A stretch of DNA of 64,000 nucleotides from Eledone cirrhosa. Taxonomy: Eukaryota. Under the pieces are notes generated by a model that saw only the letters and a program-made list of their open reading frames with translations, searched no databases and was not told where the DNA came from. The position numbers were made by a program, and so were the translations under genes. This document shows, in pieces, positions 48,053-63,106 of this stretch. The number at the start of each line of letters is the position of its first letter. Position 1 is the first letter of the stretch. The stretch spans positions 22,134,001-22,198,000 of the forward strand of contig OZ024748.1 in assembly GCA_964016885.1 (NCBI GenBank). The letters are read 5' to 3'.

Positions 48053-48792
48053 GTAAGTTTGTGTTTAATTATATAAGTGTTTTGAGTGTAACAATTGTTT
48101 CATGTACCCTATCTTTTCTTCGGTATATATTTGGTGTAAATATATAGATTACTTAATTTAAAACAATACTATGTAGCAACACATAGCATTTGTTTGAGAT
48201 ATACTTAGCCATGCTACCTATGGTTTCAACGATGGGTTTTTACGTTGTTCGATCAACAAAACAGCGTGTTCATGATATTAACATGTAATTGGCTGAACAT
48301 TCTTAATGATACGTGTATCCTTAACGTAATCGTTAATGAAATTCGGCGTGGCACAGGCTGCCGCTTTGATTTACAGATACAGTCCATCCAACGGTCTTCC
48401 AGGCAGTTTTCATCCTCCCAATTTCATTCACAAGACATGGGGGTTGGGGGTTGGGGTGGGGGTTGGGGGGGGGGGGGGTCGACCCAAGGATATTGTAGAT
48501 GACACTTGCCTAACATGCCACTGTGTTGCACCGGATCCAGGACCTAATGATTGCTAATGGAACTGTTTAACCATCCAGCTATGTCACGTCAACTTATCAA
48601 AGATAGAGTGCACTAAATGTTAAATGTGGTTATTAGAAACAAGGAAACTGTGACTGTTACGCCGGCAGCCTTACACCCGATAACGACAAGCCTGATATAA
48701 ATATGCAAGTATGTAAATAGATATATGCACAATAGGTTTTATTGTTTGAAGAAGATCATTATAGTAGTCGATGTTTGCACGTCTGTTTCGTT

Positions 48793-48964
48793 GGTCGGAC
48801 GCCATGCTTTGCAGCATAGAGTTACCTCCCTTTATGATCTGAGTTCAAATCCCGCCGAGGTTAACTTTGTCTTTCATCCATATGGGATCGATAAAATAAA
48901 GTACCAGTAATGCACTGGGATAATTGCTGGCCTTGTGCCAAAAGTAGAAACAATTATTAATATC
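48793..48964 (+). mobile_element. SINE family 1, 5'-truncated copy directly upstream of the full copy
   Basis: Same B-box, central domain and tail as 48966-49163. Confidence 0.85.
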
Positions 48965-48965
48965 A

Positions 48966-49163
48966 GGCGGAGGATTGGCAGTATCGGTAGAGGGTCGGAC
49001 GCCACGCTTTGCAGCAAAGAGTTACGGCCCTTTATGGTCTGAGTTCAAATCCCGCCGAGGTTAACTTTGCCTTTCATCCTTACGGGGTCGATAAAATAAA
49101 GTACCAGTAATGCACTGGGGTAATTGCTGGCCTTGTGCCAAAAGTAGAAATAATTATTAATAT
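48966..49163 (+). mobile_element. tRNA-derived SINE (family 1), full-length
   Basis: A-box-like TGGCAGTATCGG, B-box GTTCAAATCCC (49043-49053), central GCCGAGGTTAACTTTGCCTTTCATCCTTACGGGGTCGATAAAATAAAGTACCAG, tail GGCCTTGTGCCAAAAGTAGAAA. At least 8 other copies are in the window. Confidence 0.85.
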
Positions 49164-49254
49164 CAGACAAAAGGTTAAAACTAGCGGGGAAGAGAAGACT
49201 GAAGGGTTAATAATGCTTGTAAGAGATGAGAAGGAAAAGGAGGAAGTGATTAGA

Positions 49255-49342
<88 letters not shown>

Positions 49343-49706
49343 GAGAGAGAGAGAATGAAAGGTTGGATGAGGAAATAGATTGGAAGGGTTCGGTTTAACA
49401 TTGTCTAAAATGGAATATAGTTGATGGGAAAACTGCTAAAATTTTAGCTTGAGAGAAAATGAAAATTGGTGTATGTACTAAGTCACCTTAGTAAAGGATT
49501 GGCGTGGTTTTGTGCCGAACATCCTGACTGTGTTTTATACGGGTACCTGTGACATTTCTGTAGCCATTAATGTAGGTTCGGTAAGAACAATGGTAAGCAT
49601 GGAATTGATAATACTTTTGAAAACAGTTACAGCCGGAAGGATTAAAGAGGTTGGTATTAAATTGAGGAGAAAAAGAATAAAAAAGAACTGATGCTTCTGC
49701 TGTCAC

Positions 49707-49746
<40 letters not shown>

Positions 49747-49834
49747 AGTGAGGATAACGATGACTGAGGGGATTCATGCAGATGCCGAAGAATGATTGTT
49801 ATAATAATTTCTAACGAAGCCACTAAGCTACATT

Positions 49835-49975
49835 TGGCGAGAGGGGTTGTACATTATATCGATTCCAGTACTAAACTGGTGCATTGCCCTTTCGGACACA
49901 GAAGGATAAAAAAAAAAGCAAAATTGACCGTAGCGAAATTTGAACTCAGAACATAAAGAGACGTAAGGCTACGCA
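49835..49975 (-). mobile_element. SINE family 1-related copy, diverged
   Basis: CCAGTACTAAACTGGT...GAAGGATAAAA...GCAAAATTGACC...ATTTGAACTCAGAAC. Confidence 0.6.
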
Positions 49976-50175
49976 TGTCCCTAAAAAGACCAATGAGGGT
50001 CTCCCTCGAACAGATGCCCGAAGGGAGGTGTAGGAAACAATACAGATCCGTCAAAGCCAGGTTGAGGTTTATGGAGGAGGACCTGACAAACATGAGCCTG
50101 ACCTGGGAGGAGATCCAAGACAGGACTTGCGAACGTGTAGGGTGGAGATCTCTCGTCGCTCAATCCTCCAAATAG
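49975..50175 (+). mobile_element. RTE-like LINE 3' fragment
   Basis: RVSLEQMPEGRCRK...DL..MSLTWEEIQDRTCERVGWRSLVA resembles the RTE C-terminal P-EG-R-RGRP...W-E....DR-WR-LV pattern. Confidence 0.6.
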
Positions 50176-51522
50176 AAGGTCAGATTTATGATAAAATATG
50201 ATGTAAAGTTGGGTATATGTATATTGGATAGAAACAAAGGTTTATTCCAAGTTAGGCACACCAAATGTGATGTAAACATAGGATAATAAATTCCACAAAC
50301 TTTGAGTTTCATCATCAAATCTTGCCATTAATGTTACGTCTTTAACATAGAAAAACTCTCTGAAGAGTTTTATATTTTTGTTGGAGCAAGCGCAGCAAAA
50401 CTGTAAGTGTAAAGTAACTTGTTTGACAAGGCTGTTGATCAAGCAGAGACAAAACTATCCGATCATCACTTTATCTGGGCTGACAGGCTGTTGGAGCAAC
50501 AGACAAAACTGTCCGATCATCACTTTAAATGTGAAGTAGCTGACCTGATAAACCAGAGAAAGTATGATGCAATGAACGAGAAGGGAAATACTAAAATATC
50601 GCCAGGGAATGGGCTTACTTGGACTCCACAATAAAAAGGAAATGTCCTAGATCTTTGAAACTTCTGTTCACAAGATTTATACATACATATATATAGATCA
50701 GTTTATATTGCTATGTCTCTGTCAATATCTGGCAAGGTGTGATATTTTATTTATCAAAATAAATAAAGAACGAACATAAAATGCAGCCAGCTACATTTGG
50801 TAGAAGTTAACTCTTTGATAAACCTTTTAGGTGAACATATAAAATTTCTTTTGGAGTAAAAAGGGCAGTCTGTGTTTTCCATCAAAGCCCCACACATTCA
50901 CACATATCAACATGTTAACAAATATATTTATTCATTGAAAAGATAGATTATTTTCGATTGCATCTCTCGTTGGCCGACTTACTGTCTGTTAGCTGGTCCA
51001 ACTGTGTATCAATTCATATGTTTTATGTCTGCTAGTCTATCCAATTGTCTACATGTCTGACCAACAGTCTATCTGTGCAACCAACTGTCGGTATATCTAG
51101 AGAAATATCTGTGTGTGTGTGTGTGTGTGTGACTGCTGGTCTGTCTCACATCAACCGTTAGTAATAACCTGACTAAGGCGATGTAGTCAGTGGTGATAGA
51201 TATATATACTACTTATCTCACAGGTGTGACCATAGCGTTGACCACCTGATTGAGTTGGTGGAAGGTCACGCTTGAACAGATGTATTGCGGCCGCACGTCA
51301 TTAGAAGAGCCACTCCAATAGACTGTCCTGACTTGTCACTTGCTCGGAAAGTCTTATTTACTCACAGATGTCTCCGTGTCATGTTCATAAACTTTATTCA
51401 TACCACTGACACGACGCTACTGTTTGTCTACCGTTTTAATATGAGAAAAAAAGAGCAAGTAAGAAAGAAAGAACGAACAGTTTCTCTCATTCCATACATA
51501 CGTAAAGGTGTGTATTTATATA

Positions 51523-51647
<125 letters not shown>

Positions 51648-51781
51648 CTCTCTATATATATATATACATAAAGGTGTATTTATATATATATATATACGTA
51701 AAGGTATATATTTATATATATATTTATATATATATACACACACACATATATATGTATATATATACATATATATATGCATAT

Positions 51782-51828
<47 letters not shown>

Positions 51829-51831
51829 TAT

Positions 51832-51918
<87 letters not shown>

Positions 51919-52059
51919 TATATACATATATGTGTATATATATACATATATATATATATATACATATATGTGTATATACATATATGTGTATATATATATA
52001 CATATATATATGTATGTATATATATATACACATACATATATGTATATATATATACATAC

Positions 52060-52192
<133 letters not shown>

Positions 52193-52669
52193 TATATAAA
52201 TGTATATATATACAGTAGATATGTGTAAGTAAGTATATATGTTTGTGTGAAGAGGTTTAATGTGGTGGGTGTAGACTTAATTGAAAGTGTAAACTTCTTT
52301 GTTGGTTGCTGAATGCTAGTGATCCACTCAAATGTCGGACCTGGAAGTCAACATGTGTAAACGATAGACTTTCGACAACACTAAATATACAACATACTTT
52401 CAATCAGCAGTTTTATATAAACTCATACATATTTACATAGATAACTAAATAACTTCTAGCATACATACATACATACATATATACATACACACATACATAC
52501 TTATATACATATATACACACATACATATATACATACATATATACATACATATATACATACATATATACATACATATATACATACATATATACATACATTC
52601 ACATACATACATAGACACTAGAACTGAGGCCTATATGAAAATAACATCACATAGTTTTTATATATACAC

Positions 52670-52738
<69 letters not shown>

Positions 52739-52871
52739 ACACACACACATATATATATATATGTATATATACATATATATGAATATATATATACACATAT
52801 ATACACACACACACACATATATATATATGTGTATATATATAAATGTACATATAGATATATATATATGTATG

Positions 52872-52908
<37 letters not shown>

Positions 52909-53257
52909 CTATATATATGTATGTATATATAAATGTATATATATGCATATATATATATATACATGTATATATAAATGTATATATATGCATATATATATAT
53001 ACACACACAGAGAAACACTCACACTCACATATATATATAATAAATAAGCTCACGTATAATTATAGATATACGTAAATGGATCTCCGTTGGTTTCGAGGAT
53101 GAGTATTCCCTTTATTCTAACAACCAAACTCCCTGTTCATTGAATGGTCCACAGACACGTGTACCCATAACCTAATTCCTAGACAGAATCAGAGTAACAC
53201 ATTGTTGTGTAACAAGACTGGTCCTTTGAAACACAAATCAATCGTTCTGACGAATAT

Positions 53258-54200
53258 ACACACTCCCACACACACCCACACACTCACACACACTCCCACA
53301 CACTCCCACACACTCCCACACCCTCCCACACATAGACACCCCCCCACACCCTCCCACACACTCTCATGCACTCCCACACATAGACACACACTCCCACACC
53401 CTCCCACACATAGACACACACTCACCCACACTCGCACATACTCCCACACACTCCCACACATAGACACACACACTCCCACACATAGACATACACTCCCACA
53501 TATAGCTACACACTCCCACACATAGACATACACTCCCACATATAGCTACACACTCCCACACCCTCCCACACATAAACACACACACTCCCACACATAGACA
53601 TACACTCCCACATATAGCTACACACAGACACCCACTCCCACACACAGACACCGACTCCCACACACAGACACCGACTCCCATACACTCCCACACACTCCCA
53701 CCCACTCCCACACACAGACACCGACTCCCATACACTCCCACACACTCCTCCACACACTCCCACACACAGACACCCACTCCCATACACTCCCACACACTCC
53801 CACCCACTCCCACACACACAGTCACCGACTCCCATACACTCCCACACACTCCTCCACACACTCCCACACACAGACACCCACTCCCATACACTCCCACACA
53901 CTCCCACCCACTCCCACACACAGACACCGACTCCCATACACTCCCACACACTCCTCCACACACTCCCACACACAGACACCCACTCCCATACACTCCCACA
54001 CACTCCCACCCACTCCCACACACACAGTCACCGACTCCCATACACTCCCACACACTCCTCCACACACTCCCACACACAGACACCCACTCCCATACACTCC
54101 CACACACTCCTCCACCCACTCCCACACACAGACACCCACTCCCATACACTCCCACACACTGCTCCACACACCCCCACACACAGACACCCACTCCCACATA
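53258..54200. repeat. CACTCCCA-based minisatellite
   Basis: Repeated CACTCCCACACA / CAGACACC / CTCCCATACA blocks. Confidence 0.85.
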
Positions 54201-54639
54201 TAGATGAGTCAACAAAAGAGCATCTATGTCATTGTTCGACCTGCTAGAAATAGCAGCCCAATATTAGTGAAATCATTGTCCGTCATCTTCAAAGACAGTA
54301 CGGGGGCGGCGTCTTTCATCAAAGGAGTGTTTGATGAGGGCCGACACTGAACAATAACATCCACAAGTAGACGTACTGGTCAAAGATAATCGAACATACA
54401 CACACACAAACATCCAGACACATACACACACAAACAATCACACACACACACACACAAACAAAAACACACAGACACACAAACACACCCACAGCCATACACA
54501 CAGACACAAACAGACACAGAGACACACAAATATATATATATATATATCTGTATATATATATATATATCTGTGCCAGATATATACTCCCACACCATCCCAC
54601 ACATAGACACACACACTCCCACACATAGACATACACTCC

Positions 54640-54647
<8 letters not shown>

Positions 54648-54735
<88 letters not shown>

Positions 54736-54867
54736 TATATCTGTATATATATATCTGTATGTATATATATATATATATATCTGTATATATATATATATCT
54801 GTATGTATATATATATATATATATCTGTATATATATATATATATATCTGTATATATATATATATCTG

Positions 54868-54942
<75 letters not shown>

Positions 54943-55091
54943 GTATATATATATATATATCTGTATATATATATATATCTGTATATATATATCTATCTAT
55001 ATATATATATATATCTGTATATATATATATATCTGTATATATATATATATCTATATATATATATATATATATATCTATATATATATATATA

Positions 55092-55126
<35 letters not shown>

Positions 55127-55191
55127 ATCTGTATATATATATATATATATATATCTATATATATATATCTGTATATATATATATATCTATA

Positions 55192-55237
<46 letters not shown>

Positions 55238-55252
55238 TATATATATATATAC

Positions 55253-55339
<87 letters not shown>

Positions 55340-55374
55340 TATATATATATATATATACAGATATATATATATAC

Positions 55375-55431
<57 letters not shown>

Positions 55432-55449
55432 TATCAGATATATATACAG

Positions 55450-55535
<86 letters not shown>
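54648..55535. repeat. (TA)n tract with CTG then CAG interruptions
   Basis: Seen directly. Confidence 0.93.
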
Positions 55536-55539
<4 letters not shown>

Positions 55540-55774
55540 TAAAATAACAGTTTAAGCAAAGAATCACTGCTTTCACCCTTAACGGGATCTTCTGGAACTA
55601 AAAAAATCAATCTGTGAACGCATATATGTATGTATATCCAAGGGCGGTGCCCCAGCATGGCCTCAGCCGGATGGCTGAAACAGGTAAAAGAGTAAAAGAG
55701 TATATGTATATATACGTAGGTAAATTCTATAATATATTTGTGCTGCGACACAAATCTATCTGCGTGTGCGATTT

Positions 55775-55857
<83 letters not shown>

Positions 55858-55989
55858 CTGTGTGTGTGTATTCTTTTATTCTTTTACTTTCCCAAGTCAG
55901 AAACCTGTGGACATGCTCGGACACCTCTATGATTTGACTGATCATGTCGACCCATTACTTAAAGTCTGGTACTTATATTATCGATCTCT

Positions 55990-56162
55990 TTTTGTCGTAA
56001 AATTTCGTTATAACGAATCTTCCAGTATAACGGAAATTTTTTTCGATCCCCGAGGTAATAACAAACAAACGCTCGATCAGTTACGGTTGATCTCGTTATA
56101 AAGAAATTTTCGTTACAACGAATTTTTTTTATTACCTCTTGAATTGCGTTATAACACAGGCA
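55990..56162. mobile_element. pogo/Tigger-like MITE remnant
   Basis: Several CGTTATAACG-like palindromic subterminal motifs within 170 bp. Confidence 0.45.
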
Positions 56163-57173
56163 AACCACACCACAAATATAAACAGAGGCATTTTTAAACC
56201 GGCCTCCCTTACGACTCTGCCTACAATCCGGCCCGCCTTACGTAAGTTACCTTTTAGTAATAATTTCTTACATAATCAGAACACTAAATCGCTTGGTATG
56301 ACATTCCCGTACTCTTTTCTGGAACTGACATACAAATTCCTAGCGGACTTATCTATTCGCTGTGTGTGGTCGTTTAATTTGTTGAATGTAGCAATCCAAT
56401 GTTTTACGCCCAACAAGTTCTGTGTAAATCTTAGGACAACGTGTCTAATATGAAAGTACAAATGGTGAAAACTCTCAACGAATGATTTGCTTCATCACTG
56501 CTAGACACCTTCTCAAGCAGAACTAAACCGGCTTACTTAACGACAACAGCGATTATAATAAACCTGCCAACACCACCACCACCACCACCACCACCACAAT
56601 CACTGCTGTTGGACGCCGCCGCCACTATCACCATCATCATCACCATCATCATCACCATTACTGTTAGACGCCGCCGTCGTCGCCCCCGCCGCCACTGCCA
56701 TCATCACTACCGCCATCATTATCACCATCACCACCATTACAGCTGGTCGCCGCCACCACCGTCACCGCCACCGCCGCCCCCGCAGCCACCACCACCACCG
56801 CCGCTGCTGCTGCTGATCGACGCCGCCGCTTGTTGTCACTAGCACTAGCACTAGCAGCAGCAGCAGCAGCAGCACCACCACCACCACCACGGCAGCAGCC
56901 ATCAACACCACCACCACCACGGCCGCAGCCACCACCACCACCACCACCACCACCATAAACAACATTGGGGATGAGGCAATAGTCGAGTCGCAGCAGGGTC
57001 GACAGCAAGCTCAAAATAACAGTTTGTGTGTGTGTGTGTTTGTATATGTGTATGTCTGTGTGTGTATGTGTATGTGTGTGACTGCGCGCGTGTCCATTAA
57101 TCGAACAAGCACAAAGTCTCCATCGAATAAATCTTATGTTGATGGCGGCGGATCATATTCCAGTGAAAGAGTG

Positions 57174-57428
57174 GATCAGATCAGATCACTACCCCACTCC
57201 ACCGCAGAGGATCAGAGCAGACCACTACCTCACCCCAGCACAATTGATCAGAGCAGACCACAACCCCACCTCACCACAAGGGATCAGACAAGGCTACTAC
57301 CCCACCCCACCGCAAGTGATCAGACAAGGCCACTACCCCACCCCATCGCAGGGGATCAGACAAGGCTACTACCCCACCCCACCGCAAGTGATCAGACAAG
57401 GCCACTACCCCACCCCACCGCAAGTGAA
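57174..57428. repeat. 36-bp tandem repeat, about 7 copies
   Basis: Unit GATCAGACAAGGCTACTACCCCACCCCACCGCAAGT; 12-aa periodicity (DQTRLLPHPTAS). Confidence 0.88.
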
Positions 57429-58113
57429 GATAGCAATGACCGCAGTTCTGTATTAAGGATGGTTGGTAATCATCTAATTTCTTACCAACTCGTCACTCAT
57501 TCGTTTCACTAATCCTACTGACAGCCCTCTTTTCACTAGATCAGAATCCACACAAACGCACCCACACCAAGTTTACTGAGTTTACTTCTGAACATTCTAG
57601 TTCATATCTCAGCAGACAATCTGTTGAGGACTTCGTTGCTTAGTAACTCCGTTTACAGGTGACTTCAGACTATCATAAGTCATCACCCATGTCAGCAAAT
57701 GTCGTAAATACATTATGATTGATTATACATTCGTTGTATTCAAACGATCAGTTTGAAAGAGAAATATAAAGATATACTAACTGTACTTTACATATATGTG
57801 CAGTCTTGCACTTAATTACGAAGTGACAGTTGTACTTATGATTGCAGCTTTTGAATTTATTCAAGGTGAATCAAAATAATCTTTCAAGCTGGTTACAGAT
57901 ATAGCAATAGATATTAAATTGTAAAATAGTTTTAGTCATCAGTGAAGATAAGCTTAGTCATCATTAAGTGTTTTGCTGACATGGACGTGTAGGTGGCTTA
58001 AGTGTAATAATTCCACAGGTGTTTAGAAAATATATAAAAAAAAAGTACTTAGATCTAGTAAAACATTTTAATCAAAACAAGGAATAATAAATAAATAAAC
58101 CAACCTATCGATA

Positions 58114-58495
58114 TACAATGTACCCCCGACATATGCGGCCCTGACATTCGCCGTCCCGGTTATTCGCGGAATTTTCCTTAGAACCTAACTACCTTAGAAC
58201 CTAACCACCGTACATTCGCGGAATCGTAAATATCTTCCGCGAATTTTTTAATGGCTTTTTTTCGTGGCAATATATATATTTTTTAAAACTAAATTATTAA
58301 TAACAATATACTGTATTTGCCGGTCTACTGGACGCCCCTTCGTATAAGACGATCACTTTTTTTTTAGAATTATATTTTTCGTTATATTTTGACGTTTATA
58401 GGCATTTTTATGGACCACGTCTAATATTCGCGGTTTTTCACGCTTCGCGAGTGCTTTAAGAGCGTAAACCCCGCGAATACTGGAGGACAACACGC
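58114..58495. mobile_element. Tc1/mariner (Tigger/pogo-like) MITE, degenerate
   Basis: CpG-rich island with repeated ATTCGCGG near the left end and CCGCGAATA near the right end; TACA start; degenerate TIRs. Confidence 0.5.
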
Positions 58496-58499
58496 TGGT

Positions 58500-58790
58500 G
58501 TGATAAAGTCAATGGCTTTTGTTAATGGGAAGCAATTTTTCCAAACGTGATCAATCGTTTATCGATGTTTAAGGAAATAATCACTGGACAGATTTTACGA
58601 GCAAAGTCAACCGGCAGAAGACCCAGATATAGACCACGCAAAAGATGGATGACACCCATGATGTGTTCGATTGGTCTCTCCTGGGGATCCAGCCGGAGAT
58701 CCGATTGGAGAAGGTTGCTTCTGATAGGACCTTCTGAAAAGCGTGTCTGAGGACTCTGCACCCACGACTCGGCCAGGAATAAGTGGGTGA
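58500..58790 (+). mobile_element. RTE-like LINE 3' fragment
   Basis: KEIITGQI..GRRPRYRPRKRWM..(D)..R..WR pattern. Confidence 0.55.
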
Positions 58791-58824
58791 AAAATAAGAA
58801 GAAAAGAAGTCATCAATACGACAG

Positions 58825-59020
58825 TCGATCGACTTTCGTCAAATCGAACCGAGGAAACAATGTTTCCATTGGTCTTTCCAATTGCTAATATTCTCTATCG
58901 GTCGCAACTCCAGGTAGAAGGAGCAACGTGAATAAAGTGTCTTGCCAAGGACATAATGCAGGAATCGAACTCACAACTTGACGATTGCGAATCTAATTCT
59001 CTAACCAACCAACCACGCGC
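58825..59020 (-). mobile_element. tRNA-derived SINE family 3 (headless copy inverted at 22585-22690)
   Basis: Minus strand GGCGCGTGGTTGGTTGGTTAGAG...GAGTTCGATTCC...GTCCTTGGCAAGACACTTTATTCACGTTGCTCC. About 105 bp of the body is shared with 22585-22690. Confidence 0.72.
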
Positions 59021-59628
59021 CGTCACAGACATCAATTGTATAATTGAAACTTATCACTGCCAAAGTAATGAATACACTGATCAGTTTTACAATGTTCACG
59101 ATACTTATATCGGTCAGCTAACATACCGACCGTATTAATATACAGATCTGTAAACTATACATTCCAGACTCAAATGACTTGATCTAGACTCAGCATTAAC
59201 AAATATGAACTGTATACTTAATGGCTAATAGTTAAACAAGGACCCCTTCGTTTAACTATTAGCTGTTAGGGGGCTAAAATATATCAAAATATATCAAACC
59301 AAAAGAAATATCAATTAAACTAAAACACTGTTATAAAGAAATATCATTACCCTCATTGATTAATTCTAGTCAACTCCGAAATCTAAATGAATCTCATCCA
59401 TAACAAGAAGGGTGACTACTCCAGACATGTTTCCCTCTTATTAGATCTCCTCAGCAGAGTATAGTCGTATCAGTACTTGCTAGATCCAAAGTGAGTGGAT
59501 AAATATTTACTGATTTAATAACTGGCTGAAATATCTTCAAGAAAAGACAAACATGAGACACAGATGAACAAGTACATTCGGACACACACACTGAAGAACA
59601 GGGCACTATTTTTCGTCTCTCTCTCTCG

Positions 59629-59695
<67 letters not shown>

Positions 59696-60275
59696 TGCAC
59701 ACACACACACACACAAACACACACATACACACACACATACAAACAAACAAACACACGCACACACATACACACACATATACTCACATACACACACGCACAC
59801 ACACACACACAGACACACACACAGACAGACACACATAAACACACACATGCATACACAAATAAATTATCGATTAGTTAGGAGGGAGTGTAATGACCGAACG
59901 CAGTATATGTAAGCCAGCGATGGCGGCGATGGTGGCGACGATGGTAATGATAATGGTGTGAGGCAGAGGACGCCAAAGCAATAATACGATTGTTAAATAC
60001 TATCCAAGAAAAAATAAAAGGTGACTGCTAATATAGAATAGTTAGTGATAGAAGAATGTGAACAGTCAACCATATACATTGACAATAGAAGCTATAAAGA
60101 CCGTCAACACACTTCTCAAACATCCGTTGCTCCGTCGCAAACATCTTTTACTTGCTCACACAAAAGAAGCCCGCCCTTCTTTCTCTACGAGATTGTAACT
60201 TCTCTTTTTTTTTTTCTTTCTAAGCCATTCATTGCTAGACGTATATAAATATAATCACACACACACAGAGAGACA

Positions 60276-60341
<66 letters not shown>

Positions 60342-60369
60342 CTGTTATATATATATATAATGTTATTTT

Positions 60370-60437
<68 letters not shown>

Positions 60438-60475
60438 CTGTTATATATATATATATATATATAATCTGTTATTTT

Positions 60476-60543
<68 letters not shown>

Positions 60544-60554
60544 TATATAATCTG

Positions 60555-60657
<103 letters not shown>

Positions 60658-60855
60658 CTGTTATTTTAAATATATATATATATATAATTTGTTATATATA
60701 TATATATATATATATATATACTCTGTTATTTTAATACATATATATATATATACATATATACATATATATATACATATATACATACATACATACATACATA
60801 CATACATACACACATATATACATACATACACACATATATACATACACACATATAT

Positions 60856-60895
<40 letters not shown>

Positions 60896-61127
60896 GCACA
60901 CACACATGTAAATGTGTGTGAGTGTATGATATATATGTATATATATACAAATACACACACACACATATATATAAATATATATACGTGAGTGGAAATATAC
61001 CGTCTATCCTGTCGCTTTCCTCTGGATAATTTAATCTACCCTTAGTTCAGATAATAGTGAACACTAGGAAAATTAATATATCTATATCTATACACACACA
61101 CATACACACTCATACATATATATGTAT

Positions 61128-61497
<370 letters not shown>

Positions 61498-61825
61498 TCG
61501 GTTTGCTTTTATCCTTCTATGTTGTTTACTTGTCTCACTCGCTTTACGCGATTCACTTGTCCCTATAGCTTATTTTAGTTATTGCTCGCACCAACCTCAA
61601 GTATATGATTTTTAATGCAATGAAATACCAATGATGGTTGGCAAATCACTGACGAGGGACTAATTTTATAATATGTAACCCATGTGCAACCACGCAGTAT
61701 TCCTCTTTCTTCCCATGTTTTAAGCGATGAAATGCCTATGATGGTTGGAAGATCACTGATGAAGGACAAACTTTTTCATATGTAACCCATTTGCAACGCC
61801 GCAGCTCCATTATTATCATATTTAC

Positions 61826-61858
<33 letters not shown>

Positions 61859-61874
61859 TATATATATATTTAAT

Positions 61875-62040
61875 ATAGAAATGGCTTCTACAGGACTAGA
61901 ACCGTTTCATTCGGGAGAAATCACCAGCAAGCTCTGATGATTTCTCCCGAATGAAACAGTTCTAGTCCTGTAGATATTTATACTCTGCTATGTATTGAGT
62001 ACCTTATTTACTGTGGTTACCCCAGATTGAACCCGGGATA
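61875..62040. mobile_element. Family A hammerhead element, fold-back copy with tail
   Basis: Inverted arms both carry loop II TCCC; plus-strand CTGATGA at 61934; tail GTATTGAGTACC...GAACCCGGGATA. Confidence 0.7.
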
Positions 62041-62813
62041 AACATATATATAACCATCTTTTCACTTCTTATTAATTTGTGTTTGAGACAGGTTGGCTGA
62101 AAACTTTTGACGGGAACGAAAATATTTGTTTTCTATTCTCCTGCCACCAGGTAAAGTATGTAAATCGGTGGCTGGTCGGGGGACAGAATTGTATTAGATT
62201 CCAGTTGCTAATCACTTTACTGTGTCGGCCGTCACAAACAGTCATAGCCGGCGTGGGCTGGGTTTGGATTCTGTCGATTGATTGGTTATTGATTAGTCGA
62301 AACCCGCTGATGAAGCCACATACGCCGATTATGCATTGTTGCATAATATATGCAGACAGAGAGTGCAGTGCACCCTACTGCTGCATTAAGTGTGGCCGAA
62401 ATTCGAGTCCGGGAATTATTATAGGCACCCGTTTTCCGTGTGTTGTATTGAAGCGAATAACTATGTCTATACTCTGGGAATGTATCCTACATTACCTATT
62501 GAGTACGCTGTGATAGAACAGGTCCTGGCATTGATAAATATGCTGGGTCCGTCAACTCCTTATTATATATATATATTTATATATATATATATCTGTATAT
62601 ATATATATAAATGAGCGAGAATCGTATTTCAGCTCTGGAATTAACGAAAATCAACGTCCGATATGTGTGGCAAGCGCTCGATGATTCATGTGAATCAGAG
62701 CTACAACATACGTTAAGGGCCAAACACACTGAGATGATGGTTAAACAGATCATCCGCACGGCCAAAACAAACGACCAAGTAATTCGGGTCAAACAATAAA
62801 AATATATGTGTTG

Positions 62814-62844
<31 letters not shown>

Positions 62845-63106
62845 GTATTAAGGATACTATTTATGGTTATGTATATACTAAAACTTTTTATAGTTATATA
62901 TATTTTAAACCCTAAACAGTGAAAGAGTAATTTATTACTACCTTATTACCAGTAAGATAAATAGCTCAATGTAATAACATCAGTTGTTCTACAGAGCAGT
63001 TATATAGAAATCACATGAATCAAAGTTCTGTTCAAACCATTTATTAGCTTACAATAGTTTCGTCCAAACCGAGGAAATTAGAGGAAGCATATATATATAT
63101 ATATAT

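Noticed and set aside
48966-49060. Functional tRNA gene
   Set aside because: A and B boxes are present but there is no cloverleaf; it continues into the SINE body and is dispersed in many diverged copies.
57024-57512. 162-aa ORF with DQTRPLPHPTAS repeats
   Set aside because: Explained by a 36-bp minisatellite; starts in a (TG)n tract and is open in two frames.
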